Assembly (NCBI RefSeq): GCF_006345805.1
Contig: NC_043002.1
Span: 29,326,001-29,390,000, forward strand
From: Octopus sinensis
Lineage: Eukaryota
DNA: 64,000 nt
Direction: 5' to 3'
Position numbers and translations under genes: made by a program. Positions within the stretch are counted from its first letter, which is position 1. Each line of letters begins with the position of its first letter. Of this stretch, positions 26,270 to 40,240 are shown in pieces. The notes below the pieces were generated by a model, which ran no database searches, was not told the DNA's origin, and worked only from the letters and a program-made list of their open reading frames with translations.

Positions 26270-26369
26270 NNNNNNNNNNNNNNNNNNNNNNNNNNNNNNN
26301 NNNNNNNNNNNNNNNNNNNNNNNNNNNNNNNNNNNNNNNNNNNNNNNNNNNNNNNNNNNNNNNNNNNNN
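26270..26369. other. Assembly gap of 100 N
   Basis: Run of N; true gap length unknown. Confidence 1.
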
Positions 26370-26496
26370 AGCAGATTAATCAAAAGTTTAACCGATACCT
26401 GGTAGCAAAAATCACAGCAGAAAACAGCACGGTTGGAGGTACAACCATATGGTGTTGCAACCGTGCGTTGGTGCGTGATAATTGAAATTAAAATAT

Positions 26497-26553
26497 TATT
26501 GGTGAATTGAAGAAATATTATTCGTTCAGCTCCATTTCCTCAATTCACCAATA
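26497..26553. repeat. 20-bp inverted repeat, TA-bounded, possible mini-MITE
   Basis: tattggtgaattgaagaaat / atttcctcaattcaccaata, one mismatch. Confidence 0.6.
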
Positions 26554-26575
26554 TATATATTATATATATATATAG

Positions 26576-26611
<36 letters not shown>

Positions 26612-26735
26612 ATATATATATATATATATATAATATATATACTATATATAATTTATATTATATCTATTATATATATATATATATATATATTATATATCTA
26701 ATATATAATATTATATATATATATATTATATATAT

Positions 26736-26768
<33 letters not shown>

Positions 26769-26777
26769 GTATATATC

Positions 26778-26983
26778 GTGAAGGCGCATGGTTCAGTGTT
26801 AGAGCGTAGGGCTTACGATCGTGAGGTTGTGAGTTCGACTCCTGGACCGGGCTGTGTGTTGTGTCTTGAGCAAGATATTTATTTCATGTTGTTACAGTTA
26901 ACTCGGTTGTAGAAATGAGTTGCGAAATCACTGGTGGCTTTCTCTTGGATAGCATCAGTGAGGTGGAGAGGGAGGCTGGTTGC
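26778..26983 (+). mobile_element. SINE family C
   Basis: gaaggcgcatggttcagtgttag...gagttcgactcctggaccgg...ttgtgtcttgagcaag. Confidence 0.8.
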
Positions 26984-27112
26984 ATATATATACACCTACT
27001 TACACAACACCACAAGTAAGCAATTAAATGCTATACAAATTAGAATAAAGTAGTACTCGATACCCTAGTAATTAAGGTAGAGTAATATGCCTTCATTAAG
27101 GCTGCAAATCTA

Positions 27113-27157
27113 CACAAATCTCTTACTTTTCACGTTCCCGTTCGTCAGGCATTTGCG
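27113..27157 (-). ncRNA. Degenerate minimal hammerhead ribozyme, Penelope type
   Basis: CTGACGA-ACG(GGAA)CGT-GAAA-AGTA with flanking gcaaat/atttgt pairing; stem III defective. Confidence 0.45.
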
Positions 27158-27215
27158 ATGAAAGCTCTCTGAAGAATAGGAACTTGAGAGCTTGAGTATC
27201 ACTTATGTGGAGATT

Positions 27216-27252
<37 letters not shown>

Positions 27253-27564
27253 TATATAAGTGTGTTGTGTTCGTCTTTTGTTGTTTTGTAAACTATATAT
27301 ACACACATATATATACGTGTGTTTATATACATGCATACGTACATACATATATATATGTGCGTGTGTGTGTGCGTGTATATATATATATTATATATATATT
27401 ATATACATACACATATACTTACATGCATACATAAATATATATATATGTGTGTGTGTGAATACCTGTGTGTATACATGCGTGTGTTTCGTCTTTTGTTGTT
27501 TCGTAAATTCTCACTATATATACACACACATATATATATATAATGTATATATATACATGTATAC

Positions 27565-27615
<51 letters not shown>

Positions 27616-28189
27616 GACATATACATGCATGCATACATATATATATATATATTTGTGTGTGTTGTGTGTTGTGTGTGTGTGTGTGTGTGTGTGTGTACGT
27701 GTGTGTGTATACGTGCAACCCTTATGTTCATAGTTAATTTTGTGAAAATTTGACATACCGAAATATGCACACATATACACAGCCCACTTGTACGTAAATA
27801 CAAGCATGTATGCATATGGTTATGCATATACAAGTATATACATACCCACCTATATACTACATACATTCAGGCATACAAAGAGTAGTATATGTGCGTATAT
27901 CATGTGCATTTGTGTTATAGTGTGTGTGTATGTATGTATATATATACATATATACGCAAGATTATAAGCAGATAAATATAGATATATGCATATATTACAG
28001 TACTATATCAAGGATTGTAGATGAGCCTACCTCACGGCAGGGAACATAGATGAGGGCCGCAGCACCAAACTGACCCATTCACCAAATCCCACATATCAGA
28101 GGAGGTTTCGAATAATGGCGTAGCACAGTCAACGCTGGTGCCCCAGCATAATCTCACCTTTGGCGGTGAAACAATTTAAAGATTTAAAG

Positions 28190-28233
<44 letters not shown>

Positions 28234-28344
28234 GCACACGCACACACACACATAGGTGTATGACAAAATTTCCGTATAAGACTGGTTATATTTCTATATT
28301 GCAAACAGATATTATGTAGACATCATCTAACATATATTCATGTA

Positions 28345-28724
28345 CTAGCAGTATCGCCCGGCGTTGCTCAGGTTTGTAAGGGAAATAACTATAAAGCATT
28401 TTTAGAGAGTTATAGCCAAAAAATAGCAAAAAATGGAAAAAAAATGATGGTAAATTTTTTTTGAGAGTTTAAAAAAGGTGGAGTTGCGTCCCCTAGACGG
28501 TCTGTGGTTTGGGTTTCTGATTCTCAACCCCATGTCGAATTATCGATTTTTTTCAGAACTGGGGGAACTTTTCAAAATTTTCGCTGCGTTAGTTTTGAAT
28601 TATGACATTGGGCTATGTGTGTGTCAAGTTCCATCAGAATCGGTTGAAAGCCGTGGTCAGGGTGAGGGTACAAGCAAACAGACACACAGAAACACGCACA
28701 GACAAACTGCCGTTTATATAGAGA
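28345..28724 (-). mobile_element. Non-autonomous Helitron
   Basis: Minus strand starts TC(tctatataaa), ends with hairpin cctgagcaacgccggg and CTAG, and lies between host A and T. Confidence 0.8.
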
Positions 28725-28808
<84 letters not shown>

Positions 28809-29604
28809 AACGCACTCAGGGAAACGAACGCAGTGATGCAACTGTGTATGTGCAATCGTATTTGTATGTGTGAGCATATGGATATTCACATATATACATG
28901 TACCTGCGCATGTACTTGCAGCCCTCATAGAAGCACATAGGTAAAATTCACTCTTAACTGCAGATCGCCCGTGTCTGTGTGTGAGAGTGTGTGATCATGT
29001 CTGTTGGTATGATTACCTACCTACCTACCTACCTACCTACCTACCTACCTACCTACCTACCTTCCTACCTACCTACCTACCTACCTTCCTATCTACCTAC
29101 CTACCTACCTAGCTACATACATACATACATGTACATACATGTACATACATACATACATACATACATACATACATGTACATACATGTATGTACATACATAC
29201 ATGAATGTATGTGTAACTTATATAGTATAGAATAGTACAGTATATATATATATCCTGGATATGACACTCAACTGTATTCTGTTAAAGGGCTTTGGTTTTG
29301 GAGACGGTGGAGCTACCTCTTAGCTATCCTAACAGCTGACTCCAGCTCGTGTTATCTGTTAGGAAGTCAGCTATAGGTTAACTATTATGTAACACTGAGA
29401 GTGAAATCTTCTAGTTCCTTACAGAACTTCCTTTTGGAGTAGTTAAACTTGCATAAATGACCTGGAATGTAGCTGGTCTCTGGTCGTCTCAGCTTCTGTC
29501 GTGTCACTGGTCATAAAGTTGAGTACGCTGACAAGTGAGTGCTAACCTGTGCAACACCACAGGAACTTCTTGGACTCTCGGAACCGTTGCACGGACTTAT
29601 TGAG

Positions 29605-29674
<70 letters not shown>

Positions 29675-30154
29675 ATAGAGAGTGTATTTTTACACCTTGT
29701 TAAGAATTAACACGGAAAAATAATAAATAGTGCATATAAGTAGTCTCTATCATTATATATAATTTAAACTTTAATTTCCTTTATATTTAACATTCACTAT
29801 TAATATCCCTACTCTTTCTGTTAGCTACTTATGACGTTGACGTTATATCATATAATGTTTTTTTAAACAATATTAATAGCGTTCTGTCTATCGCTATACA
29901 AATCCATCATTTTTTGCTAAAATGTCGTATTGACGAGTTTCGCTTTTTTCACTTTCCCGAAGACAAGATTGCATCGTTTATACCATTTATTCTTTTGAAT
30001 AGTATCAGTGGAATTTTCGAAACATGTGTCGAAAGTAAAAATATTGTTTACACCTGTGTTACTCCATTTTTTATTCATATATACACACACACCCACACAC
30101 ACATATATATATATTATATATAATATATATATATTTATATAATATATGGACTGA

Positions 30155-30438
30155 CTATGAAATTGCACCTAGGAAGTTACCCTCCCAGTCACAAGTCCGA
30201 ACAAGGTTGTTTATGAAGACCAGCAGTCACCCATGCTATCGGCCTCCCATTGTTATTCAAGGAAAGGCAAAAGTCGAAACAGCTTGGCACCTGTGATGTC
30301 GCAACTCATTTCTTCAGCTGAGGGAACTGGAGCAACATGAAATAAAGTGTCTTGCTCAAGAACACAACACGCAGCTCAGTCCGGGATTCGGACTCACAAC
30401 TTCGTGATCGTAAGCTCTAACCACTGAGCCATGCGCCT
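30155..30438 (-). mobile_element. SINE family C
   Basis: Reverse complement of the 26778 and 36888 copies. Confidence 0.8.
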
Positions 30439-30458
30439 ATATACGTATATACATAAAC

Positions 30459-30640
30459 ACGTGCGGTTGCTTAAAGTCCCCGGCTTTAGGTAAAAGAAAA
30501 TATAGAAAGATCAGATTTAGACGCTATTTGCAGAAGTCCTTTAGTTTTCGTAAGCCCTGTAAAAGAACTCGAAAATTAAAGCCTCCAGCCTGGGTTTTCG
30601 CGATACTCTGAAAGCCAAGAACTGTTCAGTACCCCTACGA
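30459..30640. mobile_element. Old mariner-type MITE
   Basis: Degenerate TIRs acgtgcggttgcttaaagtccccggcttt / aaagccaagaactgttcagtacccctacg. Confidence 0.5.
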
Positions 30641-31134
30641 GCTGAACAGTTACACACACATGTGTGTGTGTGTGTAACAGTTAGATTTGTATGAATACAT
30701 GACTCTAATAAATAGCTTCTCTATTTTTTTCTGTGATGCACCTAGTCCCATCTTCAAAGTCGTTTCCTGGGGTTGTTATATGTTTCGAGTCAACATCATC
30801 CACCCTCATCAGGTGAGTAAGTCTCGCTTGATCAATTTCGAGGTTGTGTTCAGTTTGCCTTACCTCTGGTTGCACTGACCCCTACTAATCCACATGAACC
30901 TTGCTACAAACACTGCAGCCTTCATAGCCAACCTGAAATGTTCTGCCTATTGGAAGCCTGTGTTGATAAGCGTGTTGTGAGGTTGGTTCTCGAACCCTTT
31001 ACATTCCCACTCGATAGGATCATACAGAGTTATTCTGTGGAATATGCTTTAGCGTGTCACTTAAGAAAAGTCATGGAAACATATAAATGCACGTGCGCAC
31101 GCACACACACACACACATAATATCATATATTTTA

Positions 31135-31471
31135 CCTATTTCAATCATTGGACTGCAGCCTTGCTGGAGCACCATCTTGAAGGTTTAGTGTTGAGCACAT
31201 CGACCCTAATCTTTCTTTGATTTCTAGCTTGGCATTTGGTCTATCGACAGCTTTTTGCAGTACCGTTTCTGTGGACATAACCAAACACCGCATGTCAAAC
31301 GGGGGTCATGGTAGCGATGGAAGCAAATACAAGAACAAAGACATACACATATTTGCACTGCAGGATTCTTTCAGACGCTTTCTAACAAATCCAATCACAA
31401 AGCTTTGGTCAGCAGTAAAACATGCCGGAACCATTTTGATTTGGAAGCAAGCTATTTACCACACATCCACG

Positions 31472-31473
<2 letters not shown>
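31135..31473 (-). mobile_element. SINE family B, decayed
   Basis: Both modules recognisable. Confidence 0.7.
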
Positions 31474-31515
<42 letters not shown>

Positions 31516-31934
31516 TATAGATAGTTATGTTTTGGTAGTTTGTGTCTGTGTGTAATTCTGTGTGAAGAAGAGGATATAGAAAGGCAAGCTATAGGCATAT
31601 GTATTTTGTTAACTATATATATATATTATCTGTTTCTATTGGCTATTGCTTTTAGCAGTGCGAATTATCTAACTCATGCTTTGTGCGAATATTATAAAAG
31701 AATACTTGCTTTGTGATAACCATTTTCGTGAAAAATAGACTCTTTAATATCTTCCGCAAATAATTATCCACAATGAAACACCGAAAGTAGCCAAGTCTTA
31801 TAATACTGCTCTTTGCAATTCATCCCTAAGTTGAATAGGGATGAAATGTCGTTAAGTATTTTATCCGAAGTGCAAACCATTGCTCCAGCTCGTCGCCTGA
31901 ATTATATTAATAATAATCTTTTCTAAAAAAAAAA

Positions 31935-32265
31935 ATGCACAAGGCCTGGAATTCGAGGGAAGGGGGATATTCGATTGGTACTTATTTATTGATCTCGAAA
32001 AGATGAAAGGAAAGTTGAACTGGGTAGAATTTGCACTCAAAACGTAATGAAGGACGATATCCCACTATGCATTATTCCCGGCGTACTAGCGATGCCAGAT
32101 TCATGAAAATAATAATGGTTCCAAATTTTGGCAAAAGAACAGCGATTTTGAGGGGAATGAATAAGTCGATTACATCGACCACAATGCTCAACTTGTACTC
32201 ATTTTGAAGACCCCCAAAACGGTGAAAGGAAAAGTTTATCTCGGCGGAATATTAACCCAGAACAG
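31935..32265 (-). mobile_element. Two decayed SINE family A copies
   Basis: gatgaaaggaaagttgaac..., aagtcgattacatcgacc... Confidence 0.65.
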
Positions 32266-32381
32266 AGAAAGAAGATATAGCAGCATTTTCGAACTTCATT
32301 TTTTACAAATATTATATATATATGTATGTATGTATATATATGTATATATGTATGTATATATATATATATATATATATAATA

Positions 32382-32426
<45 letters not shown>

Positions 32427-32454
32427 TACATATTACATATCTATACATGCATAC

Positions 32455-32503
<49 letters not shown>

Positions 32504-32750
32504 GTTTAAATATTGTTGTGCAAGATTTTTTATGTGAAGTCGTGTGTTGAAACAGATATTGTTATATTTCGGAATGGTCATATTGCCAGTTTAGCCAATA
32601 ATATCACTGAAGCAAAATAACAAACAAAATATATAGTGCGTGTGTTTTTATTGGCTAAACTGGCATATGACCATTCCGAAATATAACATATATATATATA
32701 TATATCTTCTTTCTCTGTTCTGGGTTAATATTCCGTCGAGATAAACTTTT
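32230..32750. repeat. Nested inverted repeats: 50-bp outer arms and ~41-bp inner arms
   Basis: 32230-32279 vs 32701-32750 (one mismatch); 32560-32601 vs 32648-32688 (one indel). Confidence 0.9.
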
Positions 32751-32780
32751 TAATATATGTGCATATATATATATATAATA

Positions 32781-32853
<73 letters not shown>

Positions 32854-33177
32854 ATATATTATATATATATACATACATACATACATACATATATTTATAT
32901 ATCTTTTCATTCTTTCACTTGTTTCATCATTTTGACCGCAGCCACGCTGGAGCATCAACTGTAGTCCAACAAATCGTTTTCATTCTATTCACAGACAATC
33001 TTTTTGTCTCGTAAGGCGTAATGTCTTTCCGTGTTCGAATGTCCACAAACATTTTAAGTGTGACTGTACATAACTATATTCCATTCAACGTGTTGATTGA
33101 ACACCTATTATTAACATGTAAACATTCAACTCACAAACGCACCTATTTTTTGTCATTTTTCATGCATGTATATAAGA

Positions 33178-33441
33178 GCACTCCGTCGGATACGTCGATG
33201 AGGGTCCCATCTAATACGATCAACGGAACAGTTTGCTCGTGAAATTAACGTGCAAGTGGCTGAGCATTCCACAGACACGTGCACCCTTAACTTAGTTCAC
33301 AAGGATATTCAGCATGACACTGAATGTGACAAGGCTGGCCCTTTGAAATACAGGCCCTTTGAAAACAGGTCGCCGGGAATCGAACTCACAACCTTACGAT
33401 CATGAGCCGAATGCTCTAACCACTAAGCTACGCGCCCTCAC
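33178..33441 (-). mobile_element. SINE with family C head, internal deletion and a different 3' tail
   Basis: Head gagggcgcgtagcttagtggttagagcattcggctcatgatcgtaagg...gagttcgattccc. Confidence 0.75.
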
Positions 33442-33444
33442 TAC

Positions 33445-34490
<1,046 letters not shown>

Positions 34491-35179
34491 TACATACAGT
34501 TGATCAATTACGCGCATTGAATATACGCACATCATACATGCACACAAATTCGTTGTAATACCCCTTCCTCCGACGCTAGTTTCAGAAGCCATTTTGCCTT
34601 ATGTAATGGAAGACGTTCGCCTTTCTCTGCCCTTTATTTCTGCCTTCTTCCAGTTCCCATTATGTTTTAATAAATCATACGCTAACCCCTTGACCCAAAA
34701 GCTAATCTTAATCCGAACCTTGATCCCGTACTAACAGCTACATATCCTTTTATATCGCGTCTACATGCCCGCGAGGTCTAACTTGCATTCACAAACAAAA
34801 ACACTCACATATTACATACACACGCACGCATTTACACGCTCACACGCTCAGATTTATAAAGAGAAACAAGAATATGAACAACATAAAATAAAAACAACTA
34901 TAATAACAACAAAATCTGCAATAATAGAATAATGATAATAATAAATCTCGGAATAAAGGCACAGAAAAGATGTCGAAGAAAAATAAACAGATGATAAAAT
35001 AAAAACAAAAAATCAAAAAAAGGACAATATCACACAAATCAAGCAAGCTGCTGAAAGGAATAATAAAGATAGTAAATAATAATATTAAAGATAGCAATAT
35101 TAATGATAATATATGTATATTGTCATAGGGAGGAAAATTATAAAATACATATAATGATAAAAGCGATGGTAATAATCCG

Positions 35180-35254
35180 AAAACCAATAATAATAATAAT
35201 GATAATAAATAATAATAATAATAATGATAATAATAATAATAATACAAATAATAA

Positions 35255-35285
<31 letters not shown>

Positions 35286-35373
35286 AAAAAGACGGGGAAC
35301 TAAAACAAGAACAACAACAACAACAACAATAATAATAATGATAATAATAATAATAATAAGGATAATAATAATA

Positions 35374-35415
<42 letters not shown>

Positions 35416-35471
35416 TGATGATGATGATGATGATAATAATAATAATAATAAAAAAATAAAATATAATAATA

Positions 35472-35540
<69 letters not shown>

Positions 35541-35545
35541 CGTAA
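35180..35545. repeat. (AAT)n/(AAG)n/(AAC)n/(GAT)n trinucleotide array
   Basis: Directly visible. Confidence 0.95.
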
Positions 35546-36887
35546 TGGAATAGAAATATAAAAAAATGAAGACATAAAATAACCACGAAAAGGGAGACAG
35601 AAAAAAAGCAGCACTAAAATATGAAGAACAAGACGGAGAAGAAAATGGGATGCTGTGTTGGAAGGTTAGGAAAAGAAAATATACGAAAAGAAGAGGGAAA
35701 ATAAAGAATAAAAATATGCATAAATAAAGAAATGACGGCGGGAGGGCATAAGGGTTAAGGTTGTCTGTTAGAAATCATTTTCCAGAACACAATATCGGCT
35801 CTGAATCCTTAACTAAACCCTTGACATCACCCTTATTCTTCCATCCTTTCTCCACTTCTCTTCCCATTGATGGGAGGTGTTGAACCGTTCACTATCGCCG
35901 GACGCCATTTCTGTATATTATATTATTTTCCCGCGCGCTTCGCTTGCTGCGGTATCATTTTTCATAATTTTATAATGGCGCATGTTTCACGATTTCCTTT
36001 CACTTCGTTCCCAGTTGACAGCAGCTAATATGGCTGTCGTATTGTCGTTTGACGCTTCTTCTCCTCCTCCTTCTCACACTCTGCTATTCTTTAAATATTA
36101 GGCCAGAGACGAAAAAGAATTAATTACCTTTCAGGAAGCTTACTATATACACCAACCCTTACTTCCCCAAAACTGTTTACTACCATCCCTGCTACCACCC
36201 AAATCCAACAGCATCACATCTGTCGAAACCACCACCACCACCACCACAGCCATAACCGCTATCATTTCCGCGATCATCTTCGTCATCTCCAACTTCACTG
36301 CCAGCACTGTCTTCTGCAACTACAGAAATATAACCAGTTCTACTATAATGCACTGTCAGTTCGGTGTTCGGTATCTCTCTCTCTCTCTATACGATACACG
36401 ACAAGCAGCAAACGGCTAGCATGTCTTAATAACTATAGCACACTATATTCAGTTCAGGGCTGAATTTGCGGCACTAAAACATATCTGATGGAGGCACATA
36501 TATAGCATAATAAACAGAAACGCATGAATATCACAGAATCCTGTTTTCGGTAATCACTACAATTGTCGTCATTGTCACCAACAAAGCCTCTTGAAATAAA
36601 AGCAGATATGATCGTATTGTATGCAGGAACACGCGCACACATATGGATTACTATCAATCATGAAGACGATGATAATGATAATGATGATGAGAATGATGAT
36701 GAAGAGGAGGCAGAGACAAAGAGATCACCGTTGTTGGTGGTGATATTACCGATATAAACTATATATATATATAATATATATATAATATATATACACATAC
36801 ACACAAGCGCACACAGAAATATAATAAACACACACACACACACACACGCACGCACGCACGCACACACATACACATATGTTTGTAGGT

Positions 36888-37195
36888 AGAGCTTCGGGCT
36901 TACAATCATGTGATAGTGAGTTTAATTCTCGGACCGGGCAGTGTTGTGTTCTTAAGCAAGACACTTTATTTCACCTTGCTCCAGTTCACTGGGCTGTAGA
37001 AATGAGTTGTAACATTACTGGTGCCAAACTGTATCGCCCTTTCCTTTGGATAGCGTCAGTGGCGTGGATAGGGGAGTCTTGTATGCATGGGTGACTGCTG
37101 GTCTTCTATAAGCAACGTTGCCTGGACTTGTGTGTCAGTGGGTAACTTTCTAGTTGCAATTCCACGGTTGTTCATGACGGAGGTGGGCTTTTATC
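36888..37195 (+). mobile_element. SINE family C
   Basis: ggaccgggcagtgttgtgttcttaagcaagacac...; tail shared with the 26778 and 30155 copies. Confidence 0.8.
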
Positions 37196-38459
37196 TGTGT
37201 ATGTGCACGTGCGTTTGTATACCTCAATGCATACAAACATTGTGGAGATTGATATTCTACTCAGACATGTTCTTGTCCGTTTTATGGTCAAGGTAACATT
37301 CTATGCATGTAACTTTGTTTTCTCTTATAGTTTATTTTATTTATGTGATCCCATATGTGCAGGGAGTGGATGGCAGCTTCTTTTTCTCTACACAGAATCG
37401 TCATTTCTTAAGGACCTGACATACAGATTTTTAACTTGTTTTCCATCTTGGTCTGTCGTTTAAGAGCTTTTAGCAAGGAACTGATTCAAGAGGTTTACCA
37501 TCGATACGAATTGAGGAATAAATATGAGGTTTTGAATCGGCCGAAATTTTGCCGCTTGGATAGATTGAGCTGCGGTATTCGTTCCGGCTTCCTGCCCACA
37601 TTGTAAGATTCTACTGAAGCCAAATTTACCTCTCGTCGTTTCGTGATAAGTAAAGAGCGACTTCTCTAACGCAGTCGAATCCTCTTCCATCCATTTTTAT
37701 ATCCATGTGTCATTGTATAATGAACCGTTTGTCCTCGTATCCCTCAGAACCGTCTACTCAGGTACCATTCCATAAGCAGGTATGTAGTTGACTTCTTGCT
37801 CGATTCAGTTTTAAAAATAAGGATTTCATATACTTATGTCTTTCCTCAGTCAATCAAGTACACACCCAATGACATAATGGCCAGAGTTTCCTCTAACTCC
37901 CCTGACGAAATCATATGATAGAAGTCTCATTATTTAAAATTATGTTACCTTATGGTCCGTACGCTTTCTGGGGAAATTTATAAGTTGACACCGTTTGTGT
38001 GATTTACTGCATGCAATTCTTCTTCTTTTTGTGGAGCAGGTACATATTGAGGAATTCTTATTAACTCACGACGTTTGCATATTATAAAATATTGTTATTG
38101 TTGAATTTATCGTCCTTTGTTTTCATTCAAATATCTCTAACAATCTTAGTTTATGTCATCTATTGTACAAGTGTGACTGTCTAAGTTTGTAGTTCCGTGT
38201 GCTTCCCGTGTTTGTTTATGATACTACTATCATCTCTACTTACATTTATCAACGAGAGTGAATACTACAAGTGCCTAATTATCAAAATTATGTAAACAGT
38301 TTAATAACTTACAAATACAACTGTTCTATCTAAGGTCACTGGAATAGACATGCAAATGCTTCGAAACCTTTTGCTGAAAAATAAATGAATGAAAACCTGA
38401 TAATGGTAACAAAAAGAAACGACTTAGCTTTGATAATTTATGTAGTATCACTTATTATT

Positions 38460-38981
38460 GAGTGAGAGAACAATGCATGCCATCAAAGTGACACTGGGGT
38501 AAAATATACGAAGCCCAGTATACCCATCATGACTAGCCATCTGATAAGGGTACACTAAGCACATGCATCACAACCATGTGTGCGTGACATGGTGATCTCA
38601 TATCATGATAAACAGCACATGACCTTGCAGGTGGGGCCCAGTTAGGATTTTCTTCAGGTCAAGTAGCTCATCCCTGAATAAGGGTTGTTTAATGATGTTG
38701 ACCGAAACACCTATGTTTCCAGAGGGAAATTATCCAAACCCCAAAGAATTCCTCTCAACACATGGCTATGGTGTTCCCCCCAGAGATGCACATATCGTGA
38801 GCCACAAAGAGACATGTTCAACTGGTTAAGGTCAAATAACTGTTAATCAAATCTTTCGTATTGAGCAGAATATTGGCTGTAACCCATTTTTTATACCAAG
38901 ACAAAACAACGTACATAATAACACTTCCAATCAGTTGAGATGAGAAGCCATGAAAGCCACTGCCTGGTACTGTACTAGGGC

Positions 38982-38985
<4 letters not shown>
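38460..38985 (-). mobile_element. ~500-bp non-coding interspersed element in a (TAA)n tract, copy 2
   Basis: Homologous to 2020-2520 with the same termini. Confidence 0.8.
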
Positions 38986-39053
<68 letters not shown>

Positions 39054-40063
39054 CATATACTCTACGTGCTAATATTTATTTCTACAGTTGCACGTGATCA
39101 ACTTTGTAAAAAGTTACAGATATACTTTTTTCTTGAGTGTTTTAGAAGATCGTCATTTGTGAGATCCAAGGTATACTACAATTGTTAATGAAAGACTATA
39201 ATGTTTTGATACTATAATTTCCTCAATCCGGACTGACCTGGGGCTAAACGACAAAACAATAACAATTACAGCAGTAATATCAGCCAATGAAAAATTACAA
39301 CAAAGTCTTCAACGACAGGATCACGATAAATAAAGACAACAAAACATATAACAAGAATAATAATAACGAAAAATAATTTCAAATACGATATATAATATCA
39401 ACAGTCATACAATCATTTTATCAATGACATTGTTGTTGTAAATAACGACGACAATAACAACTATAACAACAAAAGGAAGTTAAGTAGAAGCAGCAACGGT
39501 AACAATAACAAGTAAAAGAACGAACACAACAATAACGACAACAAAACAATATCAACAATACAGGGAACAATGCTAACAATAATAAGAACATCAAGAATAA
39601 CAACAATGAGAAAAAACAACAACAGCAACAAAAATAATAATAAAACAATAGCGATAACGGCAGGAGCAATACAGACAGGAACCATGACAACTTTCACAAC
39701 AATGGCGAATCCGTCTTTCGCTTAGACCGTAAAACAAAAACAAGAAAAATTCACAAAACAAAAAAAAAAAAAATTAATAAGAAAAAAAAAATCAAAAAAA
39801 AAAGAATGAATAAATGAAATTTATGCAAAAAAGCGGGGCAACCATTATTTATTTATTCCTTGTCTGGCGATTTTGTCGTAAAACGTCATCAGTGTCAAAA
39901 TACTATGCTAATATGGCGTTATGAATAAAAACAGCTTCCAGAGCTGTCGAACAGACGTCGACGGAAGCAAGTTATAGCTTTAATGTATATGCGTGTGCAT
40001 GTATGTATGAGTGTATGTATGAGTGTGTGTGTGTGTGTGTGTGTGCATGTGTGTGTTTTGCAG

Positions 40064-40104
40064 GAGATGCAGCTAAAGCATAGTCAGATTGTAAAGGAAA
40101 TCCT
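40064..40104 (+). other. Candidate 41-nt exon
   Basis: (TG)n-ttttgcag acceptor and GTAAGT donor; one open frame EMQLKHSQIVKEI. Confidence 0.3.
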
Positions 40105-40122
40105 GTAAGTGGGACATCCTCA

Positions 40123-40153
<31 letters not shown>

Positions 40154-40240
40154 CTTCTTCTTCTTCTTCTTCTTCTTCTTCTTCTTCTTCTTCTTCTTCT
40201 TCTTCTTCTTCTTCTTCTTCTTCTTCTTCTTCCTTCTCCT
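40123..40240. repeat. Long pure (CTT)n microsatellite
   Basis: Directly visible. Confidence 0.97.

Noticed and set aside
29327-29372. Interleaved complementary blocks tcctaac/gttagga and agctgact/agtcagct
   Set aside because: Zero-length loops make a pseudoknot implausible; probably part of an old repeat
34680-34740. Telomere-like CCCTAA variants
   Set aside because: Highly degenerate, no exact array
37440-37800. Complex sequence with a CAG/GTATGT donor and short ORFs
   Set aside because: Frames are interrupted and I recognise no homology
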